From an uncultured Chlamydiae bacterium (GTDB taxonomy: Bacteria > Chlamydiota > Chlamydiia > Chlamydiales > 2-12-FULL-49-11), in assembly GCA_937996705.1 (NCBI GenBank), contig CALKUQ010000041.1, positions 26,125-90,124 of the forward strand: a DNA stretch of 64,000 nucleotides. Reading direction: 5' to 3'. Positions 8,366 through 16,126 of the stretch are shown here, one piece after another (position 1 is the stretch's first letter; every line of letters starts with the position of its first letter). Both the position numbers and the translations under genes were made by a program. The notes under the pieces are model-generated. The model made no database searches, was not told the DNA's origin, and saw nothing but the letters and a program-made list of their open reading frames with translations.

Positions 8366-10114
8366 TCAAGCAGAGGGTTTTTTTGTAAAAAATTGACCCG
8401 TATAATCAATTTGCTTGCTAGGTTCTCTGATTTTAAAATTTTTAAAACCCTCCTCCAGTTCCGATACTGTTTTAAATACTCCATTTCGAAAGAAAAAATC
8501 AAATTTACCAGCTAAGTATGAACTCTCTTTTATTGAGTAATAACAAAAGTTTTGTGCAAGTAATCGCAAGAGTTCTGGCGTTGCGTTGTGAATAATGTAC
8601 TCAACGACTTCAATAAGCAACTCTTCAGGCTCAATTAGATAACTTCCCAAATGTATAATAATTGCTTCAGTTACTTTAAACTCTCTCCTGTCTATAAATG
8701 TCCGAACAATTCCAATCCTTTGCTCGACATCTTCAATCGCAAATGCATCGATGTTACTTGCAAGCATTTCAATATTAATTGAGTCACCACTTTCAATTAG
8801 GAAAGAAAAAGCAAATAACCGAAATTTTTCATCTTCGATACTAAACAGATTAAAATTTTCTGCTAATTCATTTAGGCAAATTTTTTCACTTAGAATTTTT
8901 ATTAAAATTGATTTTTTACTTTCTTGATTTTCAATTTGAAAATTTTCAAAATTTTCTATAATTAATTGCCAGAGAGACAAATCCCCTTCTAACCCTCGTT
9001 TTCTTTCAGCAAACATAATTAAATTTTCTAAAATTCTCGCTCTTTTGTCACCGCTACGTATTTGAAAATACTCAAATACTTTAATCACTTCTGAAAATTT
9101 TTGTTTTTTCAGAAGTATGTTTAAAAACCAGATTCTTTGTCTTTCCTTAGTTACGCCGAAATGTTCAAAATTTATAGCAATGTCGTCTCCATAACCTTTA
9201 TCTATTAAAAAATCCATAACTTGGCCTCGATTCGCCTCTGTAATATCAAATTCGGAGAAGTACTCTATTATTTCCTCCATAAGATCTGTTTTAGTACACA
9301 GATATTTAAATGCTTCAATTCTATTTGATTCTGTAGAAATTGCAAAATCTTTAAAAAATTGGGCGACGTAAAAATCCTCGCCACGATCTATCAAAATTTT
9401 TATAAGGATCAATTTCTGACCTTCATCTCTAATATCAAATTCGCGAATGTGATTCACTACAAAACTGTAATGACCTAAGTGAAGAAATGACTGAACTAAT
9501 TGCCAACGCGCTTCATCGCTATCAGAGTACAGCGTGGAAATTATTTTTTGAAATTCAATTTTTGGTTCGCAAACCCTTAGTTCGTATTCAGTGTAAAACT
9601 CATGATTTCCAAAGAACTTTTGGATCAGAGTTACTAGTTCTATCTGAACTTCTTCCTCTGTCTCCTTAATTAACCGAAGACTTACTAGAAGGGGAAAATA
9701 GACATCCTCAAACACCATTCTATCTTTATACAATTTAAGATGAGTAACCTCCCATTTCATTTGACGGATTGCTAAATCATAAAATGGAGCTTGAATCCTC
9801 GATAGGATAAAATTTTTCCCTCTGTGGTAAATTTTTAATAAACACATAGGATTATCAAAAATTTTGGCCATTATCGTTTCATCATCAACGATATTTTTTC
9901 TATACTCGCACACCCTAACTCCAAGACAAATGTAATCTCTATCTTCTTTAGGTAGTAGCCTAATTAAATGATTAATTTCCTCTTTTGTACGAATGCCACT
10001 CTCTAATGCATCTATTATATGAATCAGTCTTGATTGAGATTCGGTAACAAGTGCCCCTCTGGCTATATAGGCACAATGATTTTCATGAATTTTTCCAAGC
10101 TGTAGAGAAAGCAT
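8366..10114 (-). CDS. Hypothetical protein made of ~10 tandem ~32-aa helical repeats (no family recognised)
   Basis: 582-codon ORF, visibly A+T-rich. Residues ~195-560 repeat a unit such as IREFDIRDEGQKLILIKILIDRG / FSEFDITEANRGQVMDFLIDKG / FENFQIENQESKKSILIKILSEK / FNLFSIEDEKFRLFAFSFLIESG. Confidence 0.6.
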   Translation of the reverse strand: MLSLQLGKIHENHCAYIARGALVTESQSRLIHIIDALESGIRTKEEINHLIRLLPKEDRDYICLGVRVCEYRKNIVDDETIMAKIFDNPMCLLKIYHRGKNFILSRIQAPFYDLAIRQMKWEVTHLKLYKDRMVFEDVYFPLLVSLRLIKETEEEVQIELVTLIQKFFGNHEFYTEYELRVCEPKIEFQKIISTLYSDSDEARWQLVQSFLHLGHYSFVVNHIREFDIRDEGQKLILIKILIDRGEDFYVAQFFKDFAISTESNRIEAFKYLCTKTDLMEEIIEYFSEFDITEANRGQVMDFLIDKGYGDDIAINFEHFGVTKERQRIWFLNILLKKQKFSEVIKVFEYFQIRSGDKRARILENLIMFAERKRGLEGDLSLWQLIIENFENFQIENQESKKSILIKILSEKICLNELAENFNLFSIEDEKFRLFAFSFLIESGDSINIEMLASNIDAFAIEDVEQRIGIVRTFIDRREFKVTEAIIIHLGSYLIEPEELLIEVVEYIIHNATPELLRLLAQNFCYYSIKESSYLAGKFDFFFRNGVFKTVSELEEGFKNFKIREPSKQIDYTGQFFTKKPSA

Positions 10115-10220
10115 AATTTAAACCTCATTTTTTAAAATATGCCGGCTAGTCTATAAGAATAAATTATTTAGTTCATCAGAATTCTCTTTTTGAGATAATG
10201 CTAAGTTCTTTGAATGTGTG

Positions 10221-11177
10221 TTACCAATAAAAGCCAATAGAGGCGTAGAGGGCTTGAAAGTTGACGTAACTGTGCGTGTAGATGTTGTGGACTGATTTGG
10301 GGAATTTGGGCTGCGTTGGCGCTAACACAGGATTGAAGAGGATCGACCGATCATACGCAATTTTGAAATAGATAGGATTGAGCCTGTAGAGAATGTAGGG
10401 GATCAATTCTAGAGTATAGGATTTCTCTACTTTACTCGGGTGTGAACTAACTAGAAGCTCAGAGCCGTCTAGATCATAGAAGACTGTTTTCTTTTGAGCA
10501 AAGTTGGCGTAAGCGCCCCCCTTTACTTGAACTGCCCAGGTGAGTCTACTTGTCGCATTTGCTTGAAATTCGAGTCCGACTTGGGCTCCACCCATTTGAT
10601 TAATTGCATGTACGTGGGCATTATCACCACTTGTCCCACTGCCGTTACTCATTTTTAAGGTGTCGCGTAAATCTATGTATCTGAGACCTAACAGCCAAGA
10701 AAAAGAAAAGTAGTCGACATAGCGAGGGGTCACATGCCTCCAATAGGAGAGCTCCCCTGAATTTAACTCCGAATGATAGCTGTAGTGAAAGTAGTCAAAA
10801 TCGGTCCAATCGACATTCGTATAGGGAGTTGTTGGGACCGAAAAATTCGAGGTAGCAGAAGTGCGCGACTCAGAACTGCGCCAATGAAATAGCCCGGAAT
10901 AAATCAGCTCTAACGAATTTTTTTGCCCGCCCATAAACTCTAATTGAGCCCTTCCCCCTGAGGTATAGTCGTAAGGAATCCGCGTAATAACAGGGTTATC
11001 GATTAAAATTCCATCTCCCACAAATAAAAAATCGAGATGCTTCAAAGGAGATCTCCAAAGCCCCACATATCCGATCTCAAAAGCGAAAGTTTTCTTTGCC
11101 TCCGTCGTCCCCTCATACCCAAAAAGGATTCCGGTTGTTCCAAAGAAAATAGAGAGTGCCACTATTTTTTTCATCAT
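10221..11177 (-). CDS. Outer-membrane beta-barrel protein (BBP7-like porin candidate)
   Basis: Signal peptide MMKKIVALSIFFGTTGILFG, amphipathic beta-strand pattern and a C-terminal aromatic beta-signal ...ASIGFYW. Shares the N-terminal Y..W / GGR / LE..Y pattern with ORF 45089-46252. No Cys in the mature part. Confidence 0.7.
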   Translation of the reverse strand: MMKKIVALSIFFGTTGILFGYEGTTEAKKTFAFEIGYVGLWRSPLKHLDFLFVGDGILIDNPVITRIPYDYTSGGRAQLEFMGGQKNSLELIYSGLFHWRSSESRTSATSNFSVPTTPYTNVDWTDFDYFHYSYHSELNSGELSYWRHVTPRYVDYFSFSWLLGLRYIDLRDTLKMSNGSGTSGDNAHVHAINQMGGAQVGLEFQANATSRLTWAVQVKGGAYANFAQKKTVFYDLDGSELLVSSHPSKVEKSYTLELIPYILYRLNPIYFKIAYDRSILFNPVLAPTQPKFPKSVHNIYTHSYVNFQALYASIGFYW

Positions 11178-11302
11178 AGCCCTCAGACTAACCGATGTCC
11201 AAAGATTTCGTCCAGACAGAAAAAAAATTAATTCAAAATCTTATTGAGATCTTTTTAAAGATCGCGTACTCTTTTTTCTTAATAACTATTTTTTGAGGTT
11301 GT

Positions 11303-12205
11303 ATGGAAGGGCTGGCATTCGGTTATGATTATAGAGACCACCGACCTAATACTCAAATTGATACCCCAGCTCAAAGCCCCCAAGATGCATTGTTTGGAAT
11401 GGGAGCACAAATGAGCCGGGCCCTCACCTATTTCACCACACATCCAACAACAGAAACAAACCTGAGAACTATTACAAAAATCGCTGTAAGTAGCATCACT
11501 AGCGGCACTCTAGCCAGTTATAGACTAAAAGCTCATCCAAAATTACTTAAACTCACACAAATTCTCATAACTCTTCATAATGCATTAACTGAGGCCTCTG
11601 ATAAACGGGGCATCCTACAAGCCCTTGATGAATCGATCCACTCTCTCAAGATCATCTCAAAACTATCCCCACCAAATTTCGATAGAATTTTCTTAGTACG
11701 TTCCGAAGCAGGTATCTTTGCTCCGATTCAAAATCCTCAAAGAGCAGAGCTTATAGAAGAAGTCACTGCCGTAACAGGAGCGCTTGTAACCTATCAAAGG
11801 GTTCTCACTGGGGAAGAAAAGAGCCCTAAAACTATCGAAGAACTTACTACCCTTAGAGAGGGGGTAATCAGAGTGCTTGCGGGGAACCCTAATTATACCG
11901 AGTACGATGAGTATGCAGCAAATCTTACCCTACCAGAAGCCCCCGTAGGATTTTTGACCAAACTTTTAAAATACATTGCCGATCGGGAAGGGGTCATCGC
12001 AACCGGAGTCCGCGAGTCTGTAAATAATTTTATTGAATCTTTGATTGGAAGGGTTACATCCCCCTTCCACTCCCCCCATGACAATGTCGACCTCCCCCCC
12101 TATCAATTATTAAATGGGAGGGAAGTTAGAAATTTCTCTATATCCTCCCGAGCTATATTGGCTATCAAAGAGTTATGGAATAAGATACGAGCCCTTATAG
12201 CCTAA
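11303..12205 (+). CDS. Hypothetical protein, paralog A of a tandem pair (candidate secreted effector)
   Basis: 300-codon ORF with GAGG 5 nt upstream of the ATG. The C-terminal ~200 aa align by eye with the C-terminus of the next ORF (ILQALDESIHSLKII vs LIEALDASIKVLDSL; PEAPVGFLTKLLKYIADREG vs PAEPQGLLVKLLKYRNLQEG; DLPPYQLLNGREVRNFSIS vs DLPHFQRLDNSKIRWNNLS). Confidence 0.6.
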   Translation: MEGLAFGYDYRDHRPNTQIDTPAQSPQDALFGMGAQMSRALTYFTTHPTTETNLRTITKIAVSSITSGTLASYRLKAHPKLLKLTQILITLHNALTEASDKRGILQALDESIHSLKIISKLSPPNFDRIFLVRSEAGIFAPIQNPQRAELIEEVTAVTGALVTYQRVLTGEEKSPKTIEELTTLREGVIRVLAGNPNYTEYDEYAANLTLPEAPVGFLTKLLKYIADREGVIATGVRESVNNFIESLIGRVTSPFHSPHDNVDLPPYQLLNGREVRNFSISSRAILAIKELWNKIRALIA

Positions 12206-12364
12206 GTAAAAGACTGTCTTGCCTCTAAGTTTAATAATTAAAAACCTAATTACACATAATATATTTTTTAATTCAATCTAGATTGATATTATTGATGCTG
12301 TTTTTTCCAAATTTTCGTATAATAAATCTGATAAAATTATTAAATAATTATAGGATGTGTTTTT

Positions 12365-13918
12365 ATGGCGTCAGCTTTGTATTCATTTTTTTCAAGCGTT
12401 GTCCCCTCTGGTCCCGTTTTGGCTCCTGGAGCTGCTACCCAACCTTTCGTTGCTGGAGCTATTCGAAGCGGGGTAACTACCGCGGTAGAATCAGCTATTT
12501 CTAACCTTGCCACTGCTGAAAATCGCCAAGCACTTGGAAATGCTGGTGGATCTATTGCAACAAGAACTCTTACTAGAACTTTAAGAAGCGGTCAATTACG
12601 AAGAGACCTAAGAGGCTTTCTCAGACATACAATCACCAACGCTGCCAACGAAGCAACAACTGCCTTCGCAGCTCCCGCTCGTCGCACTCAACTAGCTCAT
12701 TCAATTCAATCAATTGCTACTAGAGCAATACGGGGGACATTAAGAGCACAAACCATCAGAAATAATGTTGCTTTAGCTATCACTAGAGCCATCACTACAG
12801 CTGAAGCAAGAGCCGCTGCTGCACTTACAAGCCCTGCTATTCAAGAATCATTAACAGCAACTACTGCTCATGTAGCAACAGCCACTCTAGCAGATGCTGC
12901 TTTGCAAGCTCAATTAGCCGCTACAATCGAAACTGCTACAGCTAGCGCTAGAACTAGACTTACAGCAGAACTTGGAAATCCTGATTTGGCAGCTCAACTC
13001 AGAGCAACCACTGAAGGTGTTGTAGACGCTGCGGCTGCTCGCTTTGGTGAAGCTCTCACAAGCGCGCCTGTTGAAGGGAGGATTGAGGCTGCAACTAATC
13101 GAGCTATCGACATAGCAACTGATCGAGCGATTCAGAATATCACAAGTGAACCCTTTATAGCAGCTGCAACTGCTGCTATGACGCAAGCAGGAGCAAGGGC
13201 TTTTAGAGAGTTAAGCCAAAGCGCCCATCCTTCTCTAGTAGAAGCTTCAGACGCTTTAGAGAGCCTCTATTCCGCCCTTCTAACAAGAGATCGAAAAGCC
13301 CTAATTGAAGCTCTTGATGCCTCGATTAAAGTCCTTGATTCTCTTCAAGGGGAACACGACGACACTTTGGGTGAAATTTTTCTTCAGCGAGGAGACGATA
13401 ATCTTTATTCTGCCATCACACCTGAAGTTAGAACTGCACTTAGAGCGGAGATAATAACTCTTCAGACAAGCCTTTCTGACTACCTTCAGATTTTAAACGG
13501 AAGTGATACAACTGCTAGAACTCAGGAAGATCTTAGCCAGACTAGAACTGCTATCATAACAAGTCTTGTAGACTCAAGAGGGACCTATGTTCAAATAAAA
13601 CAGAACAACACATTTCCAGCAGAGCCTCAGGGACTTTTAGTTAAACTCCTAAAATACCGAAACCTCCAGGAAGGGGCGCTTACATGCGCAATTTTCAAAA
13701 CACATAAGACTGCTATTAACTTGTTTAACCTCCCTTGGTTTAAAAGAAAGCCCCGTCAAGATCAAATCGACCTTCCCCACTTCCAACGTTTAGATAATAG
13801 CAAAATTCGATGGAACAATCTCTCCTGGTTTAGGATGATTGCTCTTACGATTCAAGGTGTTGGAGCAAGGATGAGCGCGTTAACACATCGTGTATTGCGC
13901 GCTGTACATCTTCAATAG
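12365..13918 (+). CDS. Hypothetical protein, paralog B of the tandem pair, with a ~280-aa Ala/Thr/Arg-rich N-terminal region
   Basis: 517-codon ORF. Low-complexity N-terminal half (…ATRAIRGTLRAQTIRNNVALAITRAITTAEARAAAALTSPAIQ…). The C-terminal domain is homologous to ORF 11303-12205. Confidence 0.65.
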   Translation: MASALYSFFSSVVPSGPVLAPGAATQPFVAGAIRSGVTTAVESAISNLATAENRQALGNAGGSIATRTLTRTLRSGQLRRDLRGFLRHTITNAANEATTAFAAPARRTQLAHSIQSIATRAIRGTLRAQTIRNNVALAITRAITTAEARAAAALTSPAIQESLTATTAHVATATLADAALQAQLAATIETATASARTRLTAELGNPDLAAQLRATTEGVVDAAAARFGEALTSAPVEGRIEAATNRAIDIATDRAIQNITSEPFIAAATAAMTQAGARAFRELSQSAHPSLVEASDALESLYSALLTRDRKALIEALDASIKVLDSLQGEHDDTLGEIFLQRGDDNLYSAITPEVRTALRAEIITLQTSLSDYLQILNGSDTTARTQEDLSQTRTAIITSLVDSRGTYVQIKQNNTFPAEPQGLLVKLLKYRNLQEGALTCAIFKTHKTAINLFNLPWFKRKPRQDQIDLPHFQRLDNSKIRWNNLSWFRMIALTIQGVGARMSALTHRVLRAVHLQ

Positions 13919-14858
13919 AGATCAACTTCATCGCCCCTTTGTGGTAGATGCGGATGTTCCAGTCCAACTTCAATTCTTTTGGGGTTGCATACTTGGACAG
14001 AACTTCCGCATGTTTATCAACGAGAAACTCCCTGGAAAAATAGGGCCCCGTCATTTTTGATGATGTCGGAGCAAAAAGCCCTACGACCGGGGTCCCAAGA
14101 GCGCTTGCGATGTGGGCAGGTCCGGTATCGGGCGAAAGCAAAAACCTAGCATCTTTTATGAGGGCTGCTAACTCTATCAAAGAGGTCTTTCCACACAAAT
14201 TGAGGGCGCCCCCCTCCTTTTCTAAATAGTCGCAAACTGCAAAATCTGCTGGAGAGCCTACTAAAATAGGGGTTATCTGGTAATTCTCTTTTACCCAAGC
14301 AATAATAGAGATGTAATTAGAGTAATCCCAATCTTTCTCTTTTTTACTGCTGCAAGGATTAATCACAAAATAGGGAAAATCATAACCCCTTTTCGTTTCT
14401 GGCAAAGGGATGCTCCCATCATAAGAGATCCGTTCCGCTCCGATTGTTTTTGCAAATCTTAAAAAGCCCTCAACTGTATGCTCTTTATGCGATTCAATTC
14501 GTTCATCAATAAAAAGGGGGTGCAAATCTTTACTTCTTAAACGGTCATACCCAATTTTCCGTTTAGCATCGATTAAGGTATAGACTAGATGGGCAGAAAA
14601 ACTTGCTTGGGTTGCAAGAAGAACATCAAATTGATAAGGGGCCAGTTTTTTGTGCGCTCGAATGTAATCTTTCCACGATCGGATCTTAGCTAAAGGAATG
14701 AAGTGAACCCCCTCCACTTTTTCAAAAAGAGGATAAAAAGTCTCTCCTATAATCCAACTAATTTCGGCATGGGGAAAACTTTTTTGCAACGTCCGAATCA
14801 AGGGCAGACACATCACAATGTCGCCCAGAGCGGAGAGCCTAAGTATACAAATGCGCAT
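13845..14858 (-). CDS. Glycosyltransferase family 9 (LPS heptosyltransferase-like)
   Basis: N-terminus MRICILRLSALGDIVMCLPLIRTLQKSFP and C-terminal ...SPDTGPAHIASALGTPVVGLF are typical of WaaC/WaaF-type GT9 enzymes. Confidence 0.82.
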   Translation of the reverse strand: MRICILRLSALGDIVMCLPLIRTLQKSFPHAEISWIIGETFYPLFEKVEGVHFIPLAKIRSWKDYIRAHKKLAPYQFDVLLATQASFSAHLVYTLIDAKRKIGYDRLRSKDLHPLFIDERIESHKEHTVEGFLRFAKTIGAERISYDGSIPLPETKRGYDFPYFVINPCSSKKEKDWDYSNYISIIAWVKENYQITPILVGSPADFAVCDYLEKEGGALNLCGKTSLIELAALIKDARFLLSPDTGPAHIASALGTPVVGLFAPTSSKMTGPYFSREFLVDKHAEVLSKYATPKELKLDWNIRIYHKGAMKLISIEDVQRAIHDVLTRSSLLQHLES

Positions 14859-15600
14859 TAAAGATCTCTAGAAAGTCCTTAGGGACTGATGCGGTGATCT
14901 TCACATCCTTGGACGTCATTGGATGAATAAACTCGACTCTATAGGCGTGCAAGAAAATCCTCTTTGCATCTGATCTATCCCTCTTTCCATAGACATGATC
15001 CCCCAATATAGGGAGTCCGATACTTGCTAAATGGATCCGAATTTGATGGGTTCTCCCTGTTTTAGGAAAACATTTAATCAAGCAGAGCCCATTTTTTCTC
15101 GCAATACACTTCCATTCAGTTTCCGCACTTTTTTTCTCTCCATGTTTCTCTATCGGTTTAGTAATCACCCCAGAATTTAATTTAGGAGAGCCTTCACAGA
15201 TTGCGTAATAGGTTTTTTGAATTTCCCGATTTCTAAACAAATCAGAAAATGCCTCTTCTTTTGAATTAAGCAATACCCCTGAGGTCTCTTTATCCAATCT
15301 GTGGAGAAAAAACTTTTTATTCGAGACTACAAAAAATGGAGGTTTATAACAGGCTGTCATAAAATCGTCTTGATACAAAGAGATCAACTGCTCTGGTTTT
15401 TCTTCCTTATTGAATAAAACCACATCCCCTTTTTGCAATCGATAGGTAGAAAATCTCTCCACAAGACCGTTTACAAAACAGGATTTAGCGTCAATCGAAC
15501 GTTTGACCTCTTTGCCTGAAAAACCAGACTTCTCTTTTAAAAATTGTAACAGAGAAGTTCCGGCTTCATCTCCTTGAACTTTAAAATGGAATTTCTTCAT
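14839..15600 (-). CDS. RluA-family pseudouridine synthase with an S4-like N-terminal domain (RluD/RluC-like)
   Basis: Catalytic motif HRLDKETSGVLL; also GRTHQIRIHLA. I prefer the ATG at 15600 (MKKFHFKV...) over the track start at 15678, which would run deep into ssb. Confidence 0.85.
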   Translation of the reverse strand: MKKFHFKVQGDEAGTSLLQFLKEKSGFSGKEVKRSIDAKSCFVNGLVERFSTYRLQKGDVVLFNKEEKPEQLISLYQDDFMTACYKPPFFVVSNKKFFLHRLDKETSGVLLNSKEEAFSDLFRNREIQKTYYAICEGSPKLNSGVITKPIEKHGEKKSAETEWKCIARKNGLCLIKCFPKTGRTHQIRIHLASIGLPILGDHVYGKRDRSDAKRIFLHAYRVEFIHPMTSKDVKITASVPKDFLEIFNAHLYT

Positions 15601-15973
15601 CAGATAGCGCTGGCTCGTCTTGCATTGGTTTTGAGAAATCTCTTCCCCCCTCTGGTTTATCGCCCTCTTTTTTACCAAACGGACTGAAAGCTAAATGGTG
15701 GGCTGTAATTCCCATAGAGACTTGTGGCTTTCCCTCTTTGTCTGTGTAAATTTCTGGCTTGGCTACTTCGCCCTGAACAATAATAGAACTTCCCTTTTTA
15801 AAATAAGGCATGATTTTATCGTATTGGTCACCCCAAACTGTAATTCTCCACCAAATTGTCTCGTCTTTTCTACTTCTACACCCTACTCGAAATGTCGTTA
15901 CTTTTTGACCATTTGAAGTAAATCTTGTCTCTGGATCTGATCCGAGATGACCTGCAATCATACCGTGATTCAT
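15581..15973 (-). CDS. ssb: Single-stranded DNA-binding protein
   Basis: OB-fold N-terminus MNHGMIAGHLGSDPETRFTSNGQKVTTFRVG and an acidic tail ending DEEIPF. The ATG at 15973 is preceded by GGGAG; the track start at 16021 is probably too far upstream. Confidence 0.9.
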   Translation of the reverse strand: MNHGMIAGHLGSDPETRFTSNGQKVTTFRVGCRSRKDETIWWRITVWGDQYDKIMPYFKKGSSIIVQGEVAKPEIYTDKEGKPQVSMGITAHHLAFSPFGKKEGDKPEGGRDFSKPMQDEPALSDEEIPF

Positions 15974-16126
15974 AAAAACTCCCTTTTTTTCAAAGTATAC
16001 CACGAGATCCAGATCCAACAAAAGAAAAAAAGGAGCGCCCTCTTAAAATTCATTCTCGACGCAATTAAAAAAAATTTTAATAAATGTTAGACAAAAATGG
16101 CACCAATGATATAGAACGAGGAATAT

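Noticed and set aside
8088-8369. 93-codon minus-strand ORF between uvrA and the repeat-protein gene
   Set aside because: It overlaps the uvrA 3' end and covers the SRP RNA, whose conserved core explains the sequence better.
12914-13186. 90-codon antisense ORF inside the Ala-rich region of ORF 12365-13918
   Set aside because: It is a GCN-repeat composition artefact, with a Ser/Cys-rich nonsense translation.
14839-15600. Recurring 20-nt gene overlaps (14839-14858, 15581-15600, 55872-55891, 59690-59709)
   Set aside because: The identical length looked suspicious, but two of the four depend on my own start-codon choices. Twenty nt is simply one allowed out-of-frame overlap length. No shared sequence motif was seen at the junctions.
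16087-16115. TTAGAC-17-TATAGA promoter-like pair upstream of ORF 16127
   Set aside because: The predicted transcription start would fall inside or after the ribosome-binding site, and the hexamers are weak.
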